Of a stretch of 64,000 nt of DNA, positions 8,946-19,013 are shown piece after piece (the stretch's first letter is position 1; every line of letters starts with the position of its first letter). The notes beneath the pieces were generated by a model that saw only the letters and a list, made by a program, of their open reading frames with translations, did no database searches and was not told the origin of the DNA. Source of the stretch: Pseudomonadota bacterium (GTDB taxonomy: Bacteria; Bdellovibrionota; Bdellovibrionia; Bdellovibrionales; Bdellovibrionaceae). The position numbers were made by a program, and so were the translations under genes. Location of the stretch: positions 1-64,000 of the forward strand of contig JBEGVH010000021.1 in NCBI GenBank assembly GCA_041178425.1, written 5' to 3'.

Positions 8946-11489
8946 ATGTTCAGAACTGTTTTAACTTTGATCCTTTTTCTGTTATTTTTAGCAGGGCCCC
9001 AGGCCGGAGCCGTGACACCCGCTATTTCCTACCAAGGGCGCATCGTAAAACCCGATGGAACTTCTCTCGACGGCAATTCTGTCACCTTTACCCTGAACAT
9101 TGTCTTCGCTGACACGAACTGCGTGGTGTACTCGGAGACTCACGCAAATATTGATATGAGTAAGAGCGATGGCGTATTCAAGCTCCTTATTGGCAAGGGC
9201 ACCAGAATCAATTCAAATTCGCTTGATTTTAAAGACATTTTTTCGCCGTATCTTACCATTGCACCAGGAACAGGCGGCTGTATCGATGGGTTCTCCAAAA
9301 CCGAAAACGACACACTACAGCTTGTAATGACCTTCGACGACGGAAAACGATCGCAAACATTAGCGGGAATCGATTTAACTGCCAATCCCATGGCCTTCGA
9401 AACGTTGAATGTGGGCGGAGTGCCAAGCTCAAACGTTTTGCGCTTCACAGATGCGATCGCTTCCCCTTTGCCGGCAGCCCAATGGACCGAACTTTTAGCA
9501 TTGCTCAATGGAACTTCAACGCAGTACCTGAGGTCTCCTGCGGGCCAACTTACCCTCGCTGCTGGCGGCATCGATGAAAACATTAATATCACCCCAAGTG
9601 GAACAGGATCGACACTCATTAGTGGAAATGTCGGAATAGGAACTACTGCTCCTGGATCAACACTCCATGTGGCTGGCGCGAATGGTTTTCCTGCAACGAG
9701 CGGTACCATTCAAACTGCGGGAACACTCCGAATCGGTGCCACAGTTTCTCAAGGCGTTTTAGACATGGGCATCGATGGCGCAACATCGACGGCTTGGTTG
9801 CAATCGACCACAAAGAATGAGTTAAACCACAAAAATAACCTCGTCCTTAATCCGAACGGTGGAAACGTTGGCATAGGAACATTGAGCCCATCGGCACCAT
9901 TGCACGTCACAAATCTTAATGGGGTGAATAACACTTACGACGGAATCGCTCGTTTTACGCACACCAGTACTAGCGTTGCCCAGAGTGGGATTGGTGCACT
10001 TCTACAAATTTACAATCAAAACGACGAGGGAACGTCCGTTTTGACCACTGATTTTGGCGGCCTTTTAACCAATGTGACGAATGGATCTGAGTCTGGAGCT
10101 TTTGTTGTGCGAACCGGAACCGCTGGAGTTATGAACGAGAGATTTCGCATAAACAATACCGGCAACGTAGGCATTGGTACCAATTCGCCCTCCGCTAAAC
10201 TCGAAGTCAATGGCGTGATCAAAAGCCTTCGATCACTCACGATCTATGTTGATCCAACAAGGGATGATGATTCTGGCGAAGGTTTTACGCTGGCTACGGC
10301 GAAAAAAAATCTTGGATCCGCACTCAATCTTGCGGACTCCATTCCTATTTCAAGAGTACAGATAAGGATTGCAAATACATCAGAAAATTTGCGGGTCGTC
10401 ATGGGAACTGCAGCAACATTAACCAACAAAAATATTCAGATCAGCGCATCCTCTCAATCAACGGTCTATATCGATTGGGATTATCCGATCAACGTCGACA
10501 ATGTCAGTATGCGTTTCGGACTTTTAGGATGGGAAAGAGGCTGTAATATTTTGGTCAATACAAGCACAATGTTCATCACCGACACTGGCTTCTTCTACCT
10601 AGCTCTTAATCAGGGAAATCTCATTACTTTTAACGCCAATAACCAATCAATGTTTTGGGAGCGCTATCTGAACCATGTTGCGAGTAACACTCGAATCGTC
10701 GGCGACTATTGGAAACCTGGAGCATCAACAATCATCGCGGCCCCAGGTGTGACAGGTAGCAAAATTGTCACAGACTATTATTCGGGCCAAAAGATTTATA
10801 TTGAAGGTGCGGTGCCTGACAATTTTATCGATTCCACCGTTGATGCAACTGGGGTTCACTACAACAGAAATATTTCGTCTATTGCCAACGGCAACGTCGG
10901 CATTGGCACGGCTAGCCCTGCCTACAAACTTGATGTCAATGGAGACATCAATATTGCTTCTGCCAAAGCACTGAGGTTTGGTGGTACCTCAGTTTGCACA
11001 AGTTCTGGTTGCACCTCTTCTTCGGATGAGAGACTTAAACAAAATATAGTTCCTTTGGAAAATTCGCTCACAAAAATCTTAAAACTACAAGGGGTTGAAT
11101 ATGACTATAGAGATAAATCCAAATACGAAGAGGCTCACCAAATCGGTGTGATCGCTCAAGACGTTGAGTCTGTTTTTCCAGAAGTGGTAAAAACTGACTC
11201 CCACTCCGGCCTTAAATCAGTCGCCTATGACCACTTGGTTGCACCTATCATTGAAGCTATCAAAGAAATCCACCAGCGTTTGGTAATGCTGGGCACCCGA
11301 CAAGAGGCCCAACAAGGAGTTCTAGCCCGTAAAGCCGAAACCAGAGAAGTTGCGGCTCTCAGAGATGAAAATTCTTTTCTCAAGGCAGAAATTAATCAGT
11401 TGAAAAAAACAGCGGCCGAGCAACGTGAGGCAAATGATGAATTAAGACTCCGAATTGAAAAATTAGAAAAAAGCTTCGAACTAAAATAG
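8946..11489 (+). CDS. Secreted tail-fibre-like trimeric adhesin (MAT-type) with S74 chaperone and an inserted globular domain
   Basis: N-terminal domain homologous to 3114 (SYQGRIVKPDG), four GNVGIGT motifs, SDERLKQNI, GVIAQDV and a coiled-coil tail. Confidence 0.9.
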   Translation: MFRTVLTLILFLLFLAGPQAGAVTPAISYQGRIVKPDGTSLDGNSVTFTLNIVFADTNCVVYSETHANIDMSKSDGVFKLLIGKGTRINSNSLDFKDIFSPYLTIAPGTGGCIDGFSKTENDTLQLVMTFDDGKRSQTLAGIDLTANPMAFETLNVGGVPSSNVLRFTDAIASPLPAAQWTELLALLNGTSTQYLRSPAGQLTLAAGGIDENINITPSGTGSTLISGNVGIGTTAPGSTLHVAGANGFPATSGTIQTAGTLRIGATVSQGVLDMGIDGATSTAWLQSTTKNELNHKNNLVLNPNGGNVGIGTLSPSAPLHVTNLNGVNNTYDGIARFTHTSTSVAQSGIGALLQIYNQNDEGTSVLTTDFGGLLTNVTNGSESGAFVVRTGTAGVMNERFRINNTGNVGIGTNSPSAKLEVNGVIKSLRSLTIYVDPTRDDDSGEGFTLATAKKNLGSALNLADSIPISRVQIRIANTSENLRVVMGTAATLTNKNIQISASSQSTVYIDWDYPINVDNVSMRFGLLGWERGCNILVNTSTMFITDTGFFYLALNQGNLITFNANNQSMFWERYLNHVASNTRIVGDYWKPGASTIIAAPGVTGSKIVTDYYSGQKIYIEGAVPDNFIDSTVDATGVHYNRNISSIANGNVGIGTASPAYKLDVNGDINIASAKALRFGGTSVCTSSGCTSSSDERLKQNIVPLENSLTKILKLQGVEYDYRDKSKYEEAHQIGVIAQDVESVFPEVVKTDSHSGLKSVAYDHLVAPIIEAIKEIHQRLVMLGTRQEAQQGVLARKAETREVAALRDENSFLKAEINQLKKTAAEQREANDELRLRIEKLEKSFELK

Positions 11490-11700
11490 CCAAGCTAGTG
11501 TATCTCCTCAAGGGAGCATTAGATTTAACCCTTCATCTACAATAGGTTATCTCCCAAGATTGTCAGTTCCTCCTCTACAGTCAATGTGTATTAATTTGAA
11601 ACACAAGGTGCTAGCAAACAACCGGGATTGTAAATACTCACAACAGTGGGCTTTTAAACTTACACTAGAAAAAACAACTCAGTTTATTTATCCTTCTAGT

Positions 11701-12372
11701 ATGGCGTTAAAATGGAGATTCATCATTTTTGGCTTTGTAATTGGGGCTACGGCTTCAGAAGTGGCTCGGGCCGGCGATCAACAACCCTATGAAAAGGCCC
11801 TCACTCGGTGGGCACTTCAATTGAAAGATGAAAAAGCGAGTTTTGACATCTCGTCGGTAGAGAAAATTGACTTGAGTTCGAATGTTCTCTTTCTCGTGCG
11901 CGGAACCAGAGCCTGGAAAGACAAACCAGATAGCAAACCTTCAGACTTTGTTTATCTTTTTCAGGCAAAATCGCCGGAGGAACCTTGGTATGAGCTCTAT
12001 CGCGTTTCTGATCGTAATCGTTGCGGCCCTAATAGTTTCAAAGATTTTAAATTAAGCAAAATTCAATCGCCCGATGATGCTGCTCATTGGCAGCTCGATT
12101 TCCGCTTTGTGAGCTTTGGTTGCGAAGGTGGCGGAGTGACGTCTAATCATAAAGTGATCAATCATTTTTATCTTTTGCTCACCGAGCAACCTCACGTTGT
12201 TGTAACCTATCAAAGTGATTTTATGATCAATCAGGAGCTAAAGTTTTCTCCACGAAAAAATCAAATGCTGGTTTACCTGTTGGGCGACAAGCCAAACGAG
12301 TCAAGCAAATCCAATAGAGAGTTCTTGCTCCTTTGGCGACCCAAAGGCCTAACTTTTGAAAAACCTATATAA
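11701..12372 (+). CDS. Secreted hypothetical protein
   Basis: Likely start ATG 11701 gives a signal-peptide-like N-terminus (MALKWRFIIFGFVIGATASEVARA). Confidence 0.6.
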   Translation: MALKWRFIIFGFVIGATASEVARAGDQQPYEKALTRWALQLKDEKASFDISSVEKIDLSSNVLFLVRGTRAWKDKPDSKPSDFVYLFQAKSPEEPWYELYRVSDRNRCGPNSFKDFKLSKIQSPDDAAHWQLDFRFVSFGCEGGGVTSNHKVINHFYLLLTEQPHVVVTYQSDFMINQELKFSPRKNQMLVYLLGDKPNESSKSNREFLLLWRPKGLTFEKPI

Positions 12373-12498
12373 ATACGTTTTTTAGGAACTCGGATCCAAG
12401 GGAATCCAAATTGCGGTTGCCCTCAGCAACAAGTCGATGATAAGGAAAACCGCCCCTTACAGTATTTTGAATTGTAACACCAGGAAAGGATCCAGATC

Positions 12499-13254
12499 TT
12501 GTCGTCAAAAAAATCAAATCTCATTTTAAAACTCATTGGTGGCCTCGTACTTTTTTCTCTTTTAGTTGGTGTCATGGTGTCTTTGGGAATTATTAAGGTC
12601 CAAATCCCTCAATCGAGTGAATCTTTATCACGGCCAATCCGAAATTCCGATGATGCCCTTGATGCCTTACGAACTGGCAACAAACGATATCAATCGGGGT
12701 TTCTTAAATCGGGAGGAATTAGTGGTGGCGATCGCGATCGTCTTCATTACGAGCAACATCCCCATGCTATCGTGCTTTCTTGTAGCGATAGCCGAGTCCC
12801 CCCCGAAATTGTCTTCGATCAAAAGCTCGGTGAGATTTTCACCATTCGAACGGCCGGAGAGGCTCTCGATTACTCAGAAATTGCTAGTATCGAGTATGCC
12901 ATTGAACATCTGCACTCGCCCCTTCTGGTCGTTATGGGCCACACTCAGTGCGGAGGGATTAAAGCGGCTATGGCTACTTCCGTCGAAAAAATCAAAAGCC
13001 CCTACTTGGCAAAAATGGTGCAAGATATACAACCACGAATTCAATATTGGAAAACTCACCAACACTCTGTCGATTATGCTGAGGAGTCTTTTGCTAATGC
13101 CATCGGAATTTCTAAAGATTTGAGGCTCAAATCTAAAATAATCGATGAAGCGGTCACTCAAGGAAAACTTCAAATCGTCGCTGCGCTCTACTTTGTCGAT
13201 TCAGGGCTTGTGGTCTGGCAAAATGATATTTTACCGATGAATAAGATGAAGTAA
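12499..13254 (+). CDS. Beta-class carbonic anhydrase with N-terminal membrane anchor
   Basis: Zn-ligand motifs CSDSRV and MGHTQCGG, plus GEIFTIRTAG and an N-terminal hydrophobic helix. Confidence 0.92.
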   Translation: MSSKKSNLILKLIGGLVLFSLLVGVMVSLGIIKVQIPQSSESLSRPIRNSDDALDALRTGNKRYQSGFLKSGGISGGDRDRLHYEQHPHAIVLSCSDSRVPPEIVFDQKLGEIFTIRTAGEALDYSEIASIEYAIEHLHSPLLVVMGHTQCGGIKAAMATSVEKIKSPYLAKMVQDIQPRIQYWKTHQHSVDYAEESFANAIGISKDLRLKSKIIDEAVTQGKLQIVAALYFVDSGLVVWQNDILPMNKMK

Positions 13255-13590
13255 CTCATCTGATTGAAACGGCTTCCGCAAAAGCCCTTGAGCACCGAGG
13301 GCTGCAATTTGATCTTGGGTAACCTCTGTATTACCTGACAAAAAGAAAAATGGAGGCATTTTCTTCAGTCTCTTTTTGATTTCACTCAATAAATAAAAAC
13401 CATTCCCATCTGGCATATCGATATCTGACACAACAAGATCGATGGGATTGCGATTCAACACTTCGAGCGCGGCGTTTCCATTCCCTGCCTCGATAACAGT
13501 GTATCCAGCACCACCCAAACACTCAGACAAAATCCAACGAATCGAGGGATTATCATCGACGATTAAAATTGTAGTTGGGCCTCGTTTCAT
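13231..13590 (-). CDS. Single-domain response regulator (CheY-like receiver)
   Basis: ILIVDD, SDIDMPDGNG, FLSG and KPF motifs. Confidence 0.9.
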   Translation of the reverse strand: MKRGPTTILIVDDNPSIRWILSECLGGAGYTVIEAGNGNAALEVLNRNPIDLVVSDIDMPDGNGFYLLSEIKKRLKKMPPFFFLSGNTEVTQDQIAALGAQGLLRKPFQSDELLHLIHR

Positions 13591-13737
13591 TGTTTCTCAC
13601 TTTATTTCTTACCAGGTCATCTTGATTATTTTTCAAGCTTAAATACACGAATAGATAAGTTCGTGTTTTCTAAATTATAAAACAGTCAAAATCAACTCCA
13701 GACGATCTATTTCATCGAGTTTTACTGCGAGGGTTGC

Positions 13738-13950
13738 TTGACACCATTGAGACGACAGTTTGCCAGAAACCTAAAACGCCTCCGCCAGCGTAATAATCTC
13801 ACGCAGGAGGCCCTTGCGGAAAGGTTAGAAATTTCGGTTCGTTACCTGCAACGACTGGAAGGACGAAACTGCCCAAGCGTTGGCATTGATAAAATTGGCG
13901 AGCTCTCTAACGCACTAAAATCAAAGCCCAAAGACTTCTTCGAAGACTGA
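13738..13950 (+). CDS. XRE/Cro-type HTH transcriptional regulator
   Basis: NLKRLRQRNNLTQEALAERLEISVRYLQRLEG, 70 aa. Confidence 0.85.
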   Translation: MTPLRRQFARNLKRLRQRNNLTQEALAERLEISVRYLQRLEGRNCPSVGIDKIGELSNALKSKPKDFFED

Positions 13951-13982
13951 CAAATTTTGTTTATAGACATGAAGTATTTACT

Positions 13983-16900
13983 CTAAAAATACTGGGTGGG
14001 TTCGAACAATCGACCGGAGGAAGTATCACTCGCGCTGTCTTCGGTCGCGAAATCGAGACTCACCGCTTTGAGCTTTTGCACCTTGATACTCACAGTGTTT
14101 AGATCTCTCTGGGTTTTTCCAGACACCCACAAAAAACAAGCCGTCAAAATAGTTTCGCGAAACTCGGTGTAAATTTCTGGCGAAAAACACAAATCAATAA
14201 AGCCCTGCTCGTCTTCCATAGTGGCAAACACCACGCCTCCGGCCGTGGGTGGTTTTTGTCGAATCAATACCATACCCGCCACTTCAATCAGAGTGTTTGA
14301 AGGCTCTTGCCGAATCTTTGCCGAGGTCCAACGGGGTAGTCGCATTTTTTTACGCAAAATCTGCATTGGATGCCCCTTAGTTGAATAGCCGAGAGCCTCG
14401 TACTCATTCACGAGATGCTCAAAACTTTCTACCGGATCCCACTGGCGCTGATCTTCATGGCGCTGACTATGAAGGGGTTCGAGCAACTCCGGTTTATTGA
14501 GTGATGCCGCATCACCCAACCCTTCGCCTTCCCATTCAAAAAGGCTCCGTTGTTTTCCCGCAGCGGTGTCTTCGACAGAGTAGGCCATCAAGGCCCACAG
14601 AACACTGCGCGCATCACCAAGGCGCCCCGCCATAACGAGGCGCTTGAGCACCGATTCACGCAGCTGGGTTCTCAATAAAAAGTCTTTAGCACTCTTAAAC
14701 GGAGCCCGCGCCCGCTCAGTCTGTAATCGTTCGTACTCTTTTTTACCAAACCCACGAATCAAACGAAACCCCAAACGAATGGCGCCGGTGTCATCAATAA
14801 AACAATCCCAGCGAGAATGTTGAATATGCACGGGCAAAACTTTTATTCCGTGCCTAAACCCATCGTAGATTAAGCTATCCACGCGATAAAACCCCATGGG
14901 TTGCGAGTTAATCAAGGCACATAAAAACTCAGCTGGGTAATGGCACTTTAAATAACAAGAAGCATACGCTAACAAACCAAAGCTCGCCGCATGACTCTCC
15001 GGAAATCCATACTCCGAAAAGCCCTTGATGTGTTCAAACACTTGCTGAATCCAGACTTCGGGTAAACCACTTTTTTCGAGCCCTTGCATGAGTCGTTGAG
15101 AAATACCCTCGAGGGGCCCACTGGATCGCCAAGCCCCAATGGCTCGCCGAAGCTGATCGGCCTCTCCGGGAGAAAAGCCGGCGAGCTCAATGGCAAGTTT
15201 CATCACTTGCTCTTGAAAAAGTGGAACCCCCAGGGTGCGCCCAAGAATTTTTTCGAGCTTAGGGTGAGGATAAGTCGCTTTCTCCCATCCTCTTCGTCGT
15301 CGTAAATACGGGTGCACCATGCGCCCCACAATCGGCCCCGGCCGCACAATCGCAACCTGAATCACCATATCGTAAAAGGTTTTGGGCTGAAGTCGTCCCA
15401 ACATCGACATTTGCGCGCGTGATTCCACTTGAAAGGTTCCAACCGTATCTGCCCTTTGCATCATCGCATAGGTTTTAGGGTCTTCGTGAGGAAGATCGTA
15501 CAAAGACATTCCCACCGCATCGAGAGTCTTTCGCAGGGCCGAGAGCATTCCTAGAGATAAAATATCGACCTTAAGCAAACCCAGTGTTTCGAGATCGTTC
15601 TTATCCCATTGAATAACGGTGCGAGCCTCCATTCGAGCGGGCACTACAGGCACAATGCGAGTGATCGCATCTGCCGAAAGCGTAAAGCCTCCCGTATGAA
15701 TCGATGCATGCCTCGGAAAACCTCGAATCTCATTGCAAACAATTTCTATTTTCTCGCGCATCGCCGGATCAGGCACTCGCTCAGTCCACTCACGTTCGAG
15801 TTGCCGTGCTGACAGGGTGCCCACAGGCACACCAAAAGCCTTGGCCACTTCGCGCAGGGCCGAACGCCTTCGAAAACAAACATGGGTACAAACCATAGCC
15901 GCTCGGTGCCTGCCATATTTTTTATAAATATACTGAATCACCTCTTCGCGGCGCTCATGCTCAAAATCAACGTCGATGTCGGGCGGTTCTCCCCGCTCTA
16001 CCGAAATGAAACGCTCAAAGAGCAGGTTCATTTTTACCGGATCAATCGCCGTGATTCCTAAAACATAGCAAACCACTGAATTGGCCGCAGAGCCGCGGCC
16101 CTGACAAAGAATCTTCTGCTCTCGCGCATACTCGACAATGTCGTAAATGGTGAGAAAGTAATCGGCGAAACGAACTTGTTCGATCAGCCCGAGCTCATGC
16201 CGAATCTGGCGAGACACATCATCGGGAATCAATCCTTTGTATCGTTTTTGAGCGCCCTCCCAAACCAGTTGTTCAAGATATTGCTGCGCCGTTAAGGTGG
16301 AGGGAATCCATTCCGACGGATAATAATAACGCAAATCAGACAACTGAAACTCACACCGCTCGGCCACCGCGATGGTTTCACTGAGCGCCCCGGGCAGATC
16401 GCCAAAAAGACGCTGCATTTCGATGGGAGATTTTAAACAGCGTTCGGCATTCGGAAACAAGCGAAAGCCCATATCATCGAGACTGCGGTTTTCGCGAATA
16501 GATAGTAAAACATCTTGCAGTCTTTTGCGTTCTCGCTGGTGATAATAAACATCATTACTCGCCACCACCGGAAGCTGGTAGCGCTTCGCCCTGGTCATTT
16601 GTGTTTGATGTCGCTCTCGATCTTTACCGTCCAGGTAACGCACCAGTGGCAAATACAACTGGCCTGTAAAAACCTCAGATAAAGCCGCCCAGCTATCTTC
16701 CTGCCAGCGACGAGGAACACAAATCACACCCTCAGAGGATTCTTGGCTCCAGAATTCAAAAAAACTTTCTATTCCAAAGAGCTGGCCTTGGCTTTGACTA
16801 CGCTCTTGTTGTTGAATCCACTGGGTGATCCATTGCGTGATTTTGCCGTACCCTTTGCGATTTTCGGCCAGCAGTGTGACTTGCCCCTCATCGCCCAGAT

Positions 16901-17123
16901 CAATCAGGCTCCCGACCAAATAACGAAAAGACGGTGTCTGCAGAGCTTTCCAGCGCTCGAAGCCTCGCACCAAGCCGGCGACGGTGTTGCCGTCAGCGAT
17001 CGCTAAACCACGATGCCCTAACCGAAGAGATTCTTCGACAAGCTCCTCGGGGTGTGACGCTCCCGTTAGAAAGGTAAAATTACTCTGAGCTAGTAATTCA
17101 ACAAAGCCAGGCTCGACCTTCAA
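13983..17123 (-). CDS. dnaE2: Error-prone DNA polymerase III alpha subunit
   Basis: SNFTFLTGASHPEELV, QGRGSAANS, PPDIDVDFEHERREEV, YGFPESHAASF and a C-terminal OB fold. Located in an imuA-imuB operon. Confidence 0.95.
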   Translation of the reverse strand: MKVEPGFVELLAQSNFTFLTGASHPEELVEESLRLGHRGLAIADGNTVAGLVRGFERWKALQTPSFRYLVGSLIDLGDEGQVTLLAENRKGYGKITQWITQWIQQQERSQSQGQLFGIESFFEFWSQESSEGVICVPRRWQEDSWAALSEVFTGQLYLPLVRYLDGKDRERHQTQMTRAKRYQLPVVASNDVYYHQRERKRLQDVLLSIRENRSLDDMGFRLFPNAERCLKSPIEMQRLFGDLPGALSETIAVAERCEFQLSDLRYYYPSEWIPSTLTAQQYLEQLVWEGAQKRYKGLIPDDVSRQIRHELGLIEQVRFADYFLTIYDIVEYAREQKILCQGRGSAANSVVCYVLGITAIDPVKMNLLFERFISVERGEPPDIDVDFEHERREEVIQYIYKKYGRHRAAMVCTHVCFRRRSALREVAKAFGVPVGTLSARQLEREWTERVPDPAMREKIEIVCNEIRGFPRHASIHTGGFTLSADAITRIVPVVPARMEARTVIQWDKNDLETLGLLKVDILSLGMLSALRKTLDAVGMSLYDLPHEDPKTYAMMQRADTVGTFQVESRAQMSMLGRLQPKTFYDMVIQVAIVRPGPIVGRMVHPYLRRRRGWEKATYPHPKLEKILGRTLGVPLFQEQVMKLAIELAGFSPGEADQLRRAIGAWRSSGPLEGISQRLMQGLEKSGLPEVWIQQVFEHIKGFSEYGFPESHAASFGLLAYASCYLKCHYPAEFLCALINSQPMGFYRVDSLIYDGFRHGIKVLPVHIQHSRWDCFIDDTGAIRLGFRLIRGFGKKEYERLQTERARAPFKSAKDFLLRTQLRESVLKRLVMAGRLGDARSVLWALMAYSVEDTAAGKQRSLFEWEGEGLGDAASLNKPELLEPLHSQRHEDQRQWDPVESFEHLVNEYEALGYSTKGHPMQILRKKMRLPRWTSAKIRQEPSNTLIEVAGMVLIRQKPPTAGGVVFATMEDEQGFIDLCFSPEIYTEFRETILTACFLWVSGKTQRDLNTVSIKVQKLKAVSLDFATEDSASDTSSGRLFEPTQYF

Positions 17124-18457
17124 ACAAAAAAACCCTGTAGATAGAGCTCATCGCCCTCTTTATACACCCAGAGCTTTTCACCCTCTGGAAGCGAAGCCAC
17201 ACCATAGCGTCGTTCGAACGGATCTTGCCAAAAGTGACCACAAACAATCTCTGACCACGAGAGCCGAAAAGGCTGCCAGCGATTATTAAACATTAATTGT
17301 TGATCTCGAAGAATCAGCTTTTGAGCTTGAGGTAAAACGCGCAAAGGCTTTTGCGACAAAAGATCATAAACCTGAAAACCCGTTTTTTCTAAACCGTTCT
17401 CCTGGCGTTTTTGTTGCGACACTAATGTGTACCAGTCTTTGGCCAAACCTCGTCGCCAACTACTCTCTGGGCGATAGCTTTCTCGCGGCTCAGCACAAAA
17501 TATTTTTTCGCGGCCCAAACGCGATTCTAGTTTGGTGAGAGATTCTAACAAAGCTCCCTCACGGTGCTCACGCTCAGGATCAAGCAAATCTTTCTGAAGC
17601 CCATGCCAAACCAAAACCTCACTCACAACAATTTCTAGGCTTTCGAGCATTTCAGGCAATTTTTTTTGTTGAGCCAAAACCTGCAAACGCTCTCGCAACA
17701 AATTCAGCCACAAAGAGACTTCGTGATGAAACGCCGGCAAACTCAATTCAAACTCTACAGAGCCACAAAAGTCATTTTCGTAGGTGCGCCCACTCAGGAT
17801 AATTTTTAAAACTCTCGCACCACGATTTTTTTGCTGAAGATGTTGGTGCAATCGCTGCAATAGCTGTTTTGAAATAAAATAGAGCGGTTCTAGGTTGTTT
17901 CCTGGCGCTTCTTCGGGAAACTCATAAATTTCGCTAAAGACCTCACTCACTTCAATTTGTGGTTCAGCCATTGGTAAAGCGCCATGCACTCTCAACCAAA
18001 GACGTTTTCCCCAATGACTCCAGCGAACCCCCACCTCACGCTCAGAAAGATTCACAAAACTAAATAGTGTTTTTACGCCCAATGATTTTAAATCAAGAAG
18101 CATCTTTTTTAGTGGCTTTATGACTTCTGGGGTTTCGCGAAAGGGATCAGCGTAGTAAATCAAAGCCTCAATCGGTAAACCCGCTCGGTCTTTTTTTTGA
18201 AACTGTGCTTTGGCAAGAGCTTCGGCTGGGCACGCAGCCTCTCCTATTTGGGGAAGAGTCAGGCCTTCCATGGCCATCGTTTTATTGATCAAAGTGTCTT
18301 TATCAATCAAGGAGCGACTACGGCCCAGTTCAAAAATAATCATTTGTGAATTACGCACATAAATCTGTGGCGTGTATTCATTTAAAAAATCAAGCCAAGG
18401 CATAAGTTCTTGGGGGGTTGACCAATAAAAGGCCAACCACCAACGAGAAAAACTCAT
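17120..18457 (-). CDS. imuB: ImuB-like Y-family polymerase homologue (mutasome scaffold)
   Basis: Lies between imuA and dnaE2 with 4-bp overlaps (start ATG 18457). LGVKTL, YRPE and C-terminal RRYG...LWVY...LQGFF pattern. Confidence 0.8.
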   Translation of the reverse strand: MSFSRWWLAFYWSTPQELMPWLDFLNEYTPQIYVRNSQMIIFELGRSRSLIDKDTLINKTMAMEGLTLPQIGEAACPAEALAKAQFQKKDRAGLPIEALIYYADPFRETPEVIKPLKKMLLDLKSLGVKTLFSFVNLSEREVGVRWSHWGKRLWLRVHGALPMAEPQIEVSEVFSEIYEFPEEAPGNNLEPLYFISKQLLQRLHQHLQQKNRGARVLKIILSGRTYENDFCGSVEFELSLPAFHHEVSLWLNLLRERLQVLAQQKKLPEMLESLEIVVSEVLVWHGLQKDLLDPEREHREGALLESLTKLESRLGREKIFCAEPRESYRPESSWRRGLAKDWYTLVSQQKRQENGLEKTGFQVYDLLSQKPLRVLPQAQKLILRDQQLMFNNRWQPFRLSWSEIVCGHFWQDPFERRYGVASLPEGEKLWVYKEGDELYLQGFFV

Positions 18458-18990
18458 AAAGACCCCGTTTGTAACAACTGCCGACAACGCTGCCATTGCG
18501 ACTGAAGTTTACCTTGATTCAGTTCGGCTTCTATTACAAATAAAGAACCCACCTGCTCGTGCGACTCCTCGGAAAGAATCATTAAGCTCGTACCCGAGCG
18601 CTGACACTCCAAATGAAGCCGCCGCCATAGAGGCTGCGACAAGCGAAGATCAGGCGCCAAAATCACCGAAAAAAAATGGCTATGCAGAAGCTCCTCAACC
18701 GCCCAAACGGCTCTTTCTCCCGCCTCTACTAAAAGCCAACTAGTAATATCAACACCTCTCTGTGCCACCGCCGGAGGAAAAAGGGTCCACTCGGATTCAA
18801 CGCAAGCAACCATCAGGTCCGACTGTTCACAAAGAAACTTTATTGCAAATTCAAAACGAGCTTTTCCAACAACCTCCACCATACTCCCCTGTGGGACGAG
18901 AAGGTTTTGCGAATCAAAGCTCCACGATTTTGTTTGTGGAGTTTGAAAACGCTCCTTGAGGGACTTGAAAATCTCGGCTTTTGTTTCCAT
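18454..18990 (-). CDS. imuA: ImuA/RecA-like truncated protein
   Basis: VPQGSMVEVVG, FPPAVAQRGVD, WAVEELL and RRLHL motifs, plus cassette position. Confidence 0.75.
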   Translation of the reverse strand: METKAEIFKSLKERFQTPQTKSWSFDSQNLLVPQGSMVEVVGKARFEFAIKFLCEQSDLMVACVESEWTLFPPAVAQRGVDITSWLLVEAGERAVWAVEELLHSHFFSVILAPDLRLSQPLWRRLHLECQRSGTSLMILSEESHEQVGSLFVIEAELNQGKLQSQWQRCRQLLQTGSL

Positions 18991-19013
18991 ATAAATTTAA
19001 AAACCACTCTCTC

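Noticed and set aside
12413..12440. Sigma28-like GTCGATGA upstream of the carbonic anhydrase
   Set aside because: No matching -35 element at the 15-nt spacing seen in the other five promoters.
13231..13254. 24-bp convergent overlap of the carbonic anhydrase and receiver genes
   Set aside because: Short 3' overlaps are common and suggest nothing specific.
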